Part shown: positions 8,807-16,317 of the stretch, piece by piece | Numbering within the stretch: position 1 is the first letter of the stretch | Layout of the letters: each line of letters begins with the position of its first letter | Virus record (IMG/VR): IMGVR_UViG_3300044267_004589 | Coordinates: 1 to 24,634 of that record | DNA: 24,634 bases | Source: a virus | Lineage: Duplodnaviria; Caudoviricetes | Direction: 5' to 3' (one strand) | The notes under the pieces: generated by a model | Databases searched by the model: none | Told to the model about the DNA's origin: nothing | What the model saw: only the letters and a program-made list of their open reading frames with translations | Program-made: the position numbers and the translations under genes

Positions 8807-9251
8807 TTTTAGTTATCTCCAAAGCTTTCTCCAATAAATAGATCGGAATTTCACTATCTTCTATGTCTTTTATATCATTAATTGTGGCCCATTTGTAGGC
8901 ATCGTGCTCAATTTCGCCGGTATGAGGGTTTGGTTTGTCGATATTAATGCTACCAGACCAATTTCTTGTCAAAAAATAGTACTTTTTGGGCTTCGGTTTG
9001 CCAAGAAAGACAAGATCTTCGGTGTTGCATAGCAAATTAGTCTCTTCATCAAGCTCTCTAACAGCACCAGACTCAATTGATTTGTCATCTTCATCAATGT
9101 GTCCGCCGGGAAGCGTCCATTGTCCCGCTCTATCATCTATATCGGACCGTCTAATAATTAAGAATCTTTGTTTTTCGTCTAAACACGCAACAACGCCTAC
9201 AGTCTTTAACTCACCTTCTGTCAAGTATTGATTCCATTGTTTAAATTTCAT
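8799..9251 (-). CDS. Nudix hydrolase with MKFKQWNQYLTE leader
   Basis: WTLPGGHID...AVRELDEETNL Nudix box. Confidence 0.9.
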   Translation of the reverse strand: MKFKQWNQYLTEGELKTVGVVACLDEKQRFLIIRRSDIDDRAGQWTLPGGHIDEDDKSIESGAVRELDEETNLLCNTEDLVFLGKPKPKKYYFLTRNWSGSINIDKPNPHTGEIEHDAYKWATINDIKDIEDSEIPIYLLEKALEITKNE

Positions 9252-9262
9252 GCTAATCTCTT

Positions 9263-9985
9263 CTAACAAAAGTTTAATTTATTATATTTGCAAATTGTCT
9301 TAATTGGTTTTTTAATATCTAGCTTAGTGATTGGTACAACCCATATCATATCTTCAACGATTGCTAATGATGGATAATACTCAGCATCTACACCCCACAA
9401 TACACCCACGACTTCGCCACTTTTGTTAAATATTACTGATCCAGAACAACCAAACCACCCATATGTGTGTAAAATAATTTGTTGCCCAGAACCTTCTTTA
9501 TTCTCATATCCAGCAACACGACCACGAATACTCATTAATTTGTGTGAAGATGGGTACCCAGAGTAAGTTATGGATTCACCAACTCCTAATATTTGTTTCG
9601 TTGGTCTGTATTTAATCGGATCTATAAATCTAAACTCTTCTTGTACGAAAAGAACAGCAATATCGTCGGTGGCATTTTGATATACTACAATTCCTTGGCG
9701 TGTCTCTTCACCCTTGCTAATCAAATAGGTAGAACCCATTCCTCGATCAGCAACATGTTGAGCAGTAAGCACAAAATGGAATCCTTTATGGACCATGTAG
9801 GTTCCGGATCCGTGACCTCCGCCCTCAGTCCAAATTTTAACAGCCGCTTCTCTTACCTTCATTTCTATTTTAGAAATTGAAGAATTGACCGACTCAACAA
9901 TCATTGCTTGTTGAGCTTTTTCAGTTGCTTGCGCTGGTTGAACTAACATTGTCAAGCTTAAAAGTAGTAAAGATAAATATTTCAT
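9263..9985 (-). CDS. Secreted trypsin-like (S1) serine protease
   Basis: Sec signal MKYLSLLLLSLTMLVQPAQA; triad motifs LTAQHV, DIAVL, GCSGS; GAGGG RBS. Confidence 0.9.
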   Translation of the reverse strand: MKYLSLLLLSLTMLVQPAQATEKAQQAMIVESVNSSISKIEMKVREAAVKIWTEGGGHGSGTYMVHKGFHFVLTAQHVADRGMGSTYLISKGEETRQGIVVYQNATDDIAVLFVQEEFRFIDPIKYRPTKQILGVGESITYSGYPSSHKLMSIRGRVAGYENKEGSGQQIILHTYGWFGCSGSVIFNKSGEVVGVLWGVDAEYYPSLAIVEDMIWVVPITKLDIKKPIKTICKYNKLNFC

Positions 9986-10017
9986 GTCGTCCCTCGTATA
10001 CTTTTATAAATAGAAAG

Positions 10018-10182
10018 TTATCGATTAGTAAGAATAAAATACATCAGAAACAACGATATATTACCTAGACTCAACATTTGTAGATCTACTGATGTCATAT
10101 ACACACCAAAAGAAAAAAGGCAAATATTAACAAATATTGCCCCCATGCTTAAGTGATCCATGAATGTTTTTGATATCTTCAT
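10018..10182 (-). CDS. Small membrane protein, 54 aa (MKISKTFMDHLSMGAIFVNICLFSFGVY...)
   Basis: Hand-translated; two hydrophobic segments; fills the gap. Confidence 0.55.
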   Translation of the reverse strand: MKISKTFMDHLSMGAIFVNICLFSFGVYMTSVDLQMLSLGNISLFLMYFILTNR

Positions 10183-10201
10183 CTATAGTATATAGGAGAA
10201 G

Positions 10202-10426
10202 TCAATCAGCTTTAGAAATTATCTGCAATGAATTAACCTGATATTCCATTATCTTGTGCTGCTTGACACAGTAAACAGGAACAAATGGAAACAAAAGTTC
10301 TTGATCAAGTCGGGCCGGCTTTGCCACAAATCCTATATGCCCATCAGTGGTTTTTACTAAATCCCCTATGTTATAACATGTTAACCAGCCGTTACCTGTG
10401 ATGGTGTAGCTATTATCATACTTCAT
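10202..10426 (-). CDS. Small SH3/KOW-like protein (VGDLV family)
   Basis: YNIGDLVKTTDGHIGFV...LQIIS. Confidence 0.7.
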   Translation of the reverse strand: MKYDNSYTITGNGWLTCYNIGDLVKTTDGHIGFVAKPARLDQELLFPFVPVYCVKQHKIMEYQVNSLQIISKAD

Positions 10427-10722
10427 TAGTTTTCGCCTCGATTTTCGATTGAGTGCAATTCTACTGTACCAATTGCGATGGACATTTTTAAACCTTCTTC
10501 TTCTAATATAGCAGTTGTTTGGTTGTTTGTGTTTTCGTTGGTTTTAAATAACTTAACTTCCCATAAAAAGACATCATCCTTAATCATATCGATATGTCTT
10601 ATTCGTTTAGATAAAAAACCACGAAAATCTGAGATGTGATCGATGACCATATCTCCGACATTCAACATAACGTTATTGGCTACATCCCGCAACTTATTAA
10701 TATCAGATTTATTTTCGCTCAT
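10426..10722 (-). CDS. Small SH3/KOW-like protein (VGDLV family)
   Basis: LNVGDMVID...RGFL...WEVK; ATG 10722 with GGAGG RBS. Confidence 0.7.
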   Translation of the reverse strand: MSENKSDINKLRDVANNVMLNVGDMVIDHISDFRGFLSKRIRHIDMIKDDVFLWEVKLFKTNENTNNQTTAILEEEGLKMSIAIGTVELHSIENRGEN

Positions 10723-10975
10723 TACAGACCTCCATTCGGCCAGAATTAAGCATACCAAGTAAACCATTTTCTGTATATGGTTGATTTTTATTTATTTCAT
10801 CGGTAGCGGGACCGGTCCAGATTATATCCCAAGCCCATATTTGTGGCTCATGTTCCCAACTCTCCATTACATCATAACGTTTGACAAGTATTCCAATATC
10901 TCCGCTAATAATATCCTCTATCATCATTCCGGCATGCAAGTCAGTTTCACAATATTGTTCAATGTAATATTTCAT
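10709..10975 (-). CDS. Small SH3/KOW-like protein (divergent VGDLV family)
   Basis: LHAGMMIED...DIGILVK...WDIIW; resembles neighbour 10426..10722. Confidence 0.65.
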   Translation of the reverse strand: MKYYIEQYCETDLHAGMMIEDIISGDIGILVKRYDVMESWEHEPQIWAWDIIWTGPATDEINKNQPYTENGLLGMLNSGRMEVCNERK

Positions 10976-11282
10976 CAATGTAATTAGCTTCTGACGAATT
11001 GATTAGAAGCCAATCACCCTTGGTCCGTATGCATTCGGTTATAAAAATTGATAGTTTTTCTGGATCGTTGATAGAACTTTTGTCAATATTGCATACCTTT
11101 TTTGGATAATAACGGTCTGCGCTATTTGGATTCTCGCGAATTATGCTGCATTCCTGCAATTGTGGTGAGTGCGAAAAAGCATTGAATTCAGTGTTTAATG
11201 TAGCCATACAAAGACCGGCGCCAAAAGAGGCGAAGAGTAGAAATTTCATTTTTTTCCCAAAATTTTTATCATACTTAGTCAC
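10959..11282 (-). CDS. Hypothetical membrane-anchored or exported protein
   Basis: Basic N-terminus followed by hydrophobic FLLFASFGAGLCMA. Confidence 0.55.
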   Translation of the reverse strand: MTKYDKNFGKKMKFLLFASFGAGLCMATLNTEFNAFSHSPQLQECSIIRENPNSADRYYPKKVCNIDKSSINDPEKLSIFITECIRTKGDWLLINSSEANYIDEILH

Positions 11283-11299
11283 CTAACCAATTAAAATCA

Positions 11300-11572
11300 T
11301 TATATTTTAATTCGATCGATGATATATGGATGTTGCAGTGATAAGTCCTTGTATAATTTTTTAAGAACAGTTTTTGTAATATCGCCAATTTGATCTTTTG
11401 TTGATTTGTCATCCAAAGCCTTTTCAACTTCCTTGGCAATCATATCCTTGAGGTCTTTGTCTTTTAAAACCTTCTCGGCCTCTTTAGCCGCGAGCTTACG
11501 AACTTCCGCCTTATCATCAGCGGTGAGTTCTTCAATTATGAGTTGTCGCAATTTAGTAAATGTAATTTCCAT
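11300..11572 (-). CDS. Hypothetical helical protein (MEITFTKLRQLIIEEL leader)
   Basis: ORF track; ACTATTTA at 11602-11609. Confidence 0.75.
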   Translation of the reverse strand: MEITFTKLRQLIIEELTADDKAEVRKLAAKEAEKVLKDKDLKDMIAKEVEKALDDKSTKDQIGDITKTVLKKLYKDLSLQHPYIIDRIKI

Positions 11573-11691
11573 GATTTTTAACCAAAAAATTTTTCCATTA
11601 TTAAATAGTCCAAAAACGCCAGTTTTCCGCTAAAAATTTCCTTTATTGCAAGACACGCACAGAACACGCGCAGACAATGCCGACCGGTGTA

Positions 11692-11994
11692 TCACCTATT
11701 ACGTGGAATATCGTCCACAGAGTCGTATATGTGATTATCAAACATTAGCTTTTCCTCCACATGCATTAGGTCTCTATCATAATGGTACGATACACTGCCC
11801 CTAGTATGGGGCGGTCTGTTGAACCATTTAATTCCACATAAGTACACAGTGCCTGCAATCCCTCTCTCGATTACTTCAACGACTGTTCCCCAGCTTGTAC
11901 GGCCCTTAATGAACTTCTCCCGGTCACATAATGTAACAACGTCGCCAAGCTTAATCTCGCCCGTTTTATAGCTACGCAATTTTAATTCATTCAT
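11692..11994 (-). CDS. Small SH3/KOW-like protein (VGDLV family)
   Basis: IKLGDVVTL...WGTVVEV...IKWF. Confidence 0.7.
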   Translation of the reverse strand: MNELKLRSYKTGEIKLGDVVTLCDREKFIKGRTSWGTVVEVIERGIAGTVYLCGIKWFNRPPHTRGSVSYHYDRDLMHVEEKLMFDNHIYDSVDDIPRNR

Positions 11995-12251
11995 GGCGAT
12001 ATCCGCCTAAGATGCTCGGACACCTCTGTTGTAGATTTTCCACTGGCAAACCAATGTACTGTATACAACACAAATGAATCATATGATATTGTACCTATAG
12101 GCGAATTAATCTTAACTTCTGTTATAATACCCAATGTGCCGTCTTTGTCATCGATCATTAGATAGTCTGGTGTATAATGATATCCATGAAATGTCACCAA
12201 ATCGCCAACAAAGAGCTGTTCGCCCTTTTCGATCTCAACGTTGTCGCCCAT
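11991..12251 (-). CDS. Small SH3/KOW-like protein (VGDLV family)
   Basis: LFVGDLVTF...LGIITEV...YTVHWF...LRRIS. Confidence 0.7.
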   Translation of the reverse strand: MGDNVEIEKGEQLFVGDLVTFHGYHYTPDYLMIDDKDGTLGIITEVKINSPIGTISYDSFVLYTVHWFASGKSTTEVSEHLRRISP

Positions 12252-12263
12252 AATATATATATG

Positions 12264-12521
12264 TCAATGATTACATTGCTTGTATTTTTGTAATCGCCCA
12301 ATTGTATGCATCCAATCTTGGGACATCATCGAGTTTGGCTTCTTTACCCACCATATTCTTGCCATGTTCATCTTTGGGTACTCCTCACCTCTCTGTCTGT
12401 CAAATAACTCGATTACGACCGCTATACCACCATGGCATGTACATGTCACTAGGTCGCCTACCGCAAGCTCATGCTTGGGTGGTATCTCAAAGAAGTCCTT
12501 CACCCTTTCCCAATATCCCAC
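12264..12521 (-). CDS. Small SH3/KOW-like protein (VGDLV family)
   Basis: LAVGDLVTC...IAVVIEL...ARIWW. Confidence 0.7.
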   Translation of the reverse strand: MGYWERVKDFFEIPPKHELAVGDLVTCTCHGGIAVVIELFDRQRGEEYPKMNMARIWWVKKPNSMMSQDWMHTIGRLQKYKQCNH

Positions 12522-12660
12522 ACAAGTAACTATCTGCTATCTGCGTTTTTTATTTTGGGGATTTTTTTAGGGCCGCTTAAATCTCGAAAAATTACATCCG
12601 TATCGTGAACGTACTTAGACCACTTGTCAGGGGTATGTCAAATATAGAGACATAGATTCC

Positions 12661-12691
12661 GGTGGGGGGGTAGGGGGGTAGTACCCCCACC
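12661..12691. repeat. G-tract/C-tract inverted repeat
   Basis: ggtggggg (12661-12668) is complementary to cccccacc (12684-12691). Confidence 0.75.
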
Positions 12692-12738
12692 TCGCTGATT
12701 GTGCGCTTTCAAACTGGACAATCATCGACTGCATTTGC

Positions 12739-12804
12739 TGTCAAATAAGTGTCATAAACAGTTCTGTCAAATATATGTCAAATAATATGTCAAAAGACTG
12801 TCAA
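12739..12804. repeat. Iteron-like array of six TGTCA boxes, plus a pair at 12625/12636
   Basis: TGTCA starts at 12739, 12750, 12765, 12776, 12788, 12799 (spacings 11, 15, 11, 12, 11). Confidence 0.8.
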
Positions 12805-12864
12805 CATTTACGTAAACGAAAACAGTTTTGTATTTGTTTATTATTATATATACAAAACGTCTAT

Positions 12865-12877
12865 TAAGTTATTGATA
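12865..12877 (-). promoter_or_regulatory. IHF-consensus site; second copy at 13083-13095
   Basis: TATCAATAACTTA and TATCAACCACTTA both match WATCAANNNNTTR. Confidence 0.55.
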
Positions 12878-12894
12878 TTGTTAGAGTTTTATTT

Positions 12895-13005
12895 TTAGTT
12901 ATCTCGCACAATCTCGTCACTGTACTGGAGAGCAAGACCGACCACCGTTATAGCTATCGCTCCCCAGAACATAACGTGGGCTGCTGTTTGTAAAACCTTT
13001 GTCAT
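12895..13005 (-). CDS. Small single-TM peptide, 36 aa (MTKVLQTAAHVMFWGAIAITVVGLALQY...)
   Basis: ATG 13005 lies 5 nt downstream of ACTATTTA; hydrophobic core. Confidence 0.55.
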   Translation of the reverse strand: MTKVLQTAAHVMFWGAIAITVVGLALQYSDEIVRDN

Positions 13006-13275
13006 AATAGTAAATAGTCTATACTCTCGCGCACTTACACAACGCATGGCCCCTGTCACATTCATGCGACAAAAAAACATTGTAAGTGGTTGATATTGTT
13101 GATGATACTCTATCTGTATAAGTATATGATATTGCTATCTTTATCTGTCGCACCAAAATCACACCTTGACAAACAGTGCGAGAGCGTATATATATTAAAT
13201 ACTATAGCAAAAATCATACACAATAAACAGATCAATATAAGACACATCAAAATAATGCACTTATAAACTAATAAA

Positions 13276-13467
13276 TCACTGACCCCCATCATCTACTGCC
13301 GCATTATATAAACTGTTTACTACAACCACGGCAACCTGTTGTAAACATTTAAGAGAGTTATTATATAACGTGTAGTTACTATCATCTTTGTCTACCACTA
13401 CACACAACGACCTTGATCGTCCATCTGATAAGGTTTTTCTTTTTACTAACTCTCCAACCTTAAACAT
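13276..13467 (-). CDS. Small SH3/KOW-like protein (VGDLV family)
   Basis: MFKVGELVKRK...LCVVVD; GGAGGG RBS. Confidence 0.65.
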   Translation of the reverse strand: MFKVGELVKRKTLSDGRSRSLCVVVDKDDSNYTLYNNSLKCLQQVAVVVVNSLYNAAVDDGGQ

Positions 13468-13756
13468 TGTCACCCTCCATATTATTACATATCTCATCCT
13501 GCGCCTGTTTTGTCATCTCAGCAATATCGGCCACAGTCAAAGGGTTTTCTTTTCTTCGCTTGTTTTGTTCTCGCATTAGCTTCTTGAACCTTTTAGCTAC
13601 ATGCTTAACAACGTGCACGTTCTCGACACCAAGAGCGCGGAACCGGCGAGCGCCTTCGCGGGCTGCGGCTTCTTCGCTTGGCTTTGTTAGGATTGTTTCG
13701 GTGCCTGTCAGCTTTCCGTCTACAATCTTTAGTTCTGTTTTGGTGACGTAGTACAT
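13460..13756 (-). CDS. Hypothetical protein
   Basis: ORF track, same strand as neighbours; no obvious RBS. Confidence 0.7.
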   Translation of the reverse strand: MYYVTKTELKIVDGKLTGTETILTKPSEEAAAREGARRFRALGVENVHVVKHVAKRFKKLMREQNKRRKENPLTVADIAEMTKQAQDEICNNMEGDNV

Positions 13757-14051
13757 GATAAAAATGTGGGGTTCTTTGTTTATTGTCGCGCCCCTCTCGA
13801 CTCCTATGTTTGAGGTTCTTTCGTTGTTATAACCGGCATCCCTCTAATCGTTTCCAGTGTTGCCCGTTTATCCTCGGGGCTGTCTTGAGTTCTCGCTATC
13901 GCATTGTATTTGTTCGCTCATTGTTAGGGTTGAACACGCTCCCTCTGTGACTAAACCAAGCCCGCCACAGTTACCGGCCTATGTAGTTGGGGGTTTTCAT
14001 TATCTTGTTACCTCTCGCGCTAAACGCTGTCAGGGTTTTGGGTTTGATAGT
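13757..14051 (-). ncRNA. Candidate structured non-coding RNA, about 290 nt
   Basis: Long ORF-free stretch in a gene-dense region; nested complementary segments with A-rich linkers on the minus strand; no family recognised. Confidence 0.35.
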
Positions 14052-14132
14052 TTAACTCATCAGGAGGATCAGCATCGCGGTCCACATGATTGCGCCAAGA
14101 GCATCGTACACTTTTTGTTCAGTGGTATACAT
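14052..14132 (-). CDS. 26-aa hydrophobic peptide (MYTTEQKVYDALGAIMWTAMLILLMS)
   Basis: Hand-translated; TAATG overlap with upstream gene; GAGGG upstream. Confidence 0.5.
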   Translation of the reverse strand: MYTTEQKVYDALGAIMWTAMLILLMS

Positions 14133-14467
14133 TAAATGCCCTCGCCATTCTCAAGTGCAGCCAGCGCAGCCTTGTCATCCTCAGTCAAGTGCTCGGCATT
14201 TTTACGCTTCAAACTCTCGGCGCTCATGCGCGTCGGGTTTTTGTGCTCGGCGTTGCAACCGGCAGCGAACGATTCCGCCCATGAAGGATCGGGGAAGTCC
14301 ATAACGGCCTGTTTGCCTTGCGTCTTGGAGTTGCGGAACACAACCCACATTTGCGGACCAACTTGCTCGACGGTCCAACCTGTGATCTGTCGGCGCGTTG
14401 GCGGTGCAGGCGCAGGTTTATACTCGCGGGCTGTTTGGATTTTGATCTGGTCGATGGCTCTTTGCAT
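14132..14467 (-). CDS. Hypothetical early protein
   Basis: ATG 14467 follows the cassette RBS AAGGAG. Confidence 0.8.
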   Translation of the reverse strand: MQRAIDQIKIQTAREYKPAPAPPTRRQITGWTVEQVGPQMWVVFRNSKTQGKQAVMDFPDPSWAESFAAGCNAEHKNPTRMSAESLKRKNAEHLTEDDKAALAALENGEGI

Positions 14468-14546
14468 AGTTTTCTCCTTTCTATACATATAATATAACAC
14501 CGGAGCGGGTAAAAGTCAAGGGTTCAAATGTCAAGGAAATGTCAAG
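14468..14546 (-). promoter_or_regulatory. Early promoter cassette P1
   Basis: TTGACA 14540-45, TTGACA 14529-34, -35 TTGACT 14514-19, 17 bp, -10 TATATT 14491-96, AAGGAG. Confidence 0.9.
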
Positions 14547-14549
14547 AGA

Positions 14550-14774
14550 TTAGTCATTACAACAATCAGGGTGCTCCCAGTTCTCGACTTGCCAATCACT
14601 GATCATCTCGCAGTCGTGCAAGTTATCAATGTAGTTGCTCCAAGCCTCGGAGCGGGCAACGATGTCAATGTGTCCAAGGCGTTGCTCATCGTCTTGGATC
14701 ATCGGAAGGATCATGTTGACAAACGAGTCGGTTGCTTGCTCATGGGTCATAACGTGGTCGAGGTTTGAAGCCAT
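14550..14774 (-). CDS. Hypothetical early protein (AWSNYIDNL...WQVENWEHP)
   Basis: ORF directly downstream of cassette P2. Confidence 0.8.
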   Translation of the reverse strand: MASNLDHVMTHEQATDSFVNMILPMIQDDEQRLGHIDIVARSEAWSNYIDNLHDCEMISDWQVENWEHPDCCND

Positions 14775-14779
14775 AGAAT

Positions 14780-14858
14780 AATCTCCTTTCTTTCTATACT
14801 TATAATATAACCCCCTAAGAGGCTATCGTCAAGGTCTGAGTTGTCAGGTAAATGTTAG
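14780..14858 (-). promoter_or_regulatory. Early promoter cassette P2
   Basis: Boxes 14853 (variant) and 14842, -35 TTGACG 14827-32, -10 TATATT 14804-09, AAGGAG. Confidence 0.85.
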
Positions 14859-14860
14859 GG

Positions 14861-15073
14861 TTATCGGTTGCGTGCAGTAAAGGCTTCGATGTTAGAAGTT
14901 GCCGCAAGTGCTTCAAGATGGGCGATGAGTTCATTCAACACTGTTTCATGTCGAATACCGCTCAACTGAGAGAAGCGCAGGAAGTTTTCAAAAGAGATAC
15001 CCAAAGGGCGAAGCAACTCAGTGCTGAGTGTTCTGGTTTCTTTCAATGCGCTAAGTGCTTGTGCGAATGTCAT
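14861..15073 (-). CDS. Hypothetical early protein
   Basis: ATG 15073 follows the cassette RBS. Confidence 0.75.
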   Translation of the reverse strand: MTFAQALSALKETRTLSTELLRPLGISFENFLRFSQLSGIRHETVLNELIAHLEALAATSNIEAFTARNR

Positions 15074-15152
15074 AGTTTTCTCCTTTCTATACATATAATA
15101 TAACACCCGCAAGGGTAAAAGTCAAGGGTTGAGTTGTCAAGGGGTTGTCAAG
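15074..15152 (-). promoter_or_regulatory. Early promoter cassette P3
   Basis: Boxes 15146 and 15135, -35 TTGACT 15120-25, -10 15097-102; 56/60 identical to P1. Confidence 0.9.
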
Positions 15153-15364
15153 TCCACTTTGTCAAGATCCTGCACTGAACAAACGCCAGAGTTGCCAGTG
15201 TGCGGCCAGAATACTTTAACAAGTCCCGATCCAGATCCGTGATCCCGCGTCATCAGTTTCTTGAGAACAAGCCCAACAGTGGGCTTACGCTTTTTGCCAG
15301 TGGCAGGGTTCCAGATGGTTGCGTTGCTGCGAACGAGGTCGCCGGGTTGAAGATCGTAGTTCAT
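15137..15364 (-). CDS. Small SH3/KOW-like protein (VGDLV family)
   Basis: LQPGDLVRS...VGLVLK...VKVFW...DLDKV; stop lies inside a P3 box. Confidence 0.75.
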   Translation of the reverse strand: MNYDLQPGDLVRSNATIWNPATGKKRKPTVGLVLKKLMTRDHGSGSGLVKVFWPHTGNSGVCSVQDLDKVDLTTP

Positions 15365-15442
15365 AGTTTTCTCCTTTCTATACCTATAATATAACACCGA
15401 CAGGGGCTAAAGTCAAGGCTGCTTCTGTCAAGGGAATGTCAA
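15365..15442 (-). promoter_or_regulatory. Early promoter cassette P4
   Basis: Boxes 15437 and 15426, -35 TTGACT 15411-16, -10 15388-93, AAGGAG. Confidence 0.9.
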
Positions 15443-15528
15443 CAACAAGGCTAACATTTGTCGGGTCGAACACGGAGCCAGATCCCGGCTTGGACATGAT
15501 GGCTAAAAAAGCTAATAGTTTCATATAC

Positions 15529-15951
15529 TTACCAGTCTGCCGGGTCGTTGCTTGGCTTTGACCAGAGATCATGTTTTTGAGTCTCGGAGAGTTCGCCATC
15601 GTTGCGAGCGGCGCTAAAGTTTAACGCACGTCGCTCGGCTGCTCGGCTGGATGCTTTCGCTTGCTCGCGGGCTGCGATCCCAGCATTGATAAACTGATCT
15701 TCTGCAACCGTGAATGTGGAGCCAACAAGATCATTGTCATGCTTCGCTTGAAAGTCAACCGGGTCCATGAACAGATCAGGATCTTCGGGGTCATTCCATT
15801 CGCCGGGCCGTGCAGCTTGCTCCATAAGATCGTGGAGTAGTTCAAAAGCGGGTTGACCAGTGGAGTCCTCCAGCGTACCAGCTTGCTCCAGTAAGCAAGT
15901 GATCAAGTCAAGTTCTGCCTCGGTTACTCGAATGTTAATAAAGTCTGACAT
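15529..15951 (-). CDS. Hypothetical acidic early protein
   Basis: AGGAG RBS; ORF track. Confidence 0.8.
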   Translation of the reverse strand: MSDFINIRVTEAELDLITCLLEQAGTLEDSTGQPAFELLHDLMEQAARPGEWNDPEDPDLFMDPVDFQAKHDNDLVGSTFTVAEDQFINAGIAAREQAKASSRAAERRALNFSAARNDGELSETQKHDLWSKPSNDPADW

Positions 15952-15958
15952 TGTTCTC

Positions 15959-16060
15959 CTAACAGGTTGCCCATTTGAAGGCGAGGAAGATGAGAGCGGA
16001 CCAACAAGTGAGGTCTGCGATAATGAGAGCGGCCATCATGCCGTTGCGGTTTTGAAGCAT
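15959..16060 (-). CDS. 33-aa single-TM peptide (MLQNRNGMMAALIIADLTCWSALIFLAFKWATC)
   Basis: Hand-translated; first gene after cassette P5, with AAGGAG RBS. Confidence 0.7.
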   Translation of the reverse strand: MLQNRNGMMAALIIADLTCWSALIFLAFKWATC

Positions 16061-16139
16061 TTGCTTTCTCCTTTCTACCCTTATAATATAGCACCGAAAC
16101 GGGCAGAAGTCAAGGTTTAAGTTGTCAAGAGGTTGTCAA
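16061..16139 (-). promoter_or_regulatory. Early promoter cassette P5
   Basis: Boxes 16134 and 16123, -35 TTGACT 16108-13, -10 16085-90. Confidence 0.9.
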
Positions 16140-16317
16140 CGAGTCTAAGGTGAGAAGTTTTCTGTACTCTTGGTTCTGTTTCGCCTTTCCATAAAACTTT
16201 AATGTTGGTGTTGCCGGTATACTTTCCAGTCTCGACAACTAAACCAACATCAACGGATTCGCCCTTCCTCCATCGAGATGTTTGAAAGGTAAATGTCACC
16301 AGATCACCGACTTGCAT
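16117..16317 (-). CDS. Small SH3/KOW-like protein (VGDLV family)
   Basis: MQVGDLVTF...VGLVVE...IKVLW...HLRLV; 14-nt overlap with upstream gene. Confidence 0.75.
   Translation of the reverse strand: MQVGDLVTFTFQTSRWRKGESVDVGLVVETGKYTGNTNIKVLWKGETEPRVQKTSHLRLVDNLLTT

Noticed and set aside
11653-11674. Tandem 11-bp repeat acacgcacaga/acacgcgcaga
   Set aside because: Only two imperfect copies and not seen elsewhere in the window
13166-13196. Plus-strand TTGACA...TATATT antisense promoter
   Set aside because: The spacer is 19 bp to TATATT, or the -10 is poor at 17 bp; it lacks the paired boxes and lies in AT-rich DNA
13110-13292. 60-aa hydrophobic ORF
   Set aside because: AT-rich low-complexity sequence at the junction, no clear RBS; hydrophobicity may reflect T-richness
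13757-14051. RNase P RNA, tmRNA or group I intron identity for the non-coding stretch
   Set aside because: I could not find the GAGGAAAGUCC motif, a tRNA-like domain or P7 core signatures
14468-14500. Shared N-terminal peptide MLYYMYRKEKT on ORFs ending at 14500, 15112, 15397 and 21882
   Set aside because: This is the translated -10/RBS part of the promoter cassette; true starts follow AAGGAG
15384-15599. ORF spanning cassette P4
   Set aside because: It overlaps an upstream gene, runs through the whole promoter and has no clear RBS; a short version from 15524 cannot be excluded
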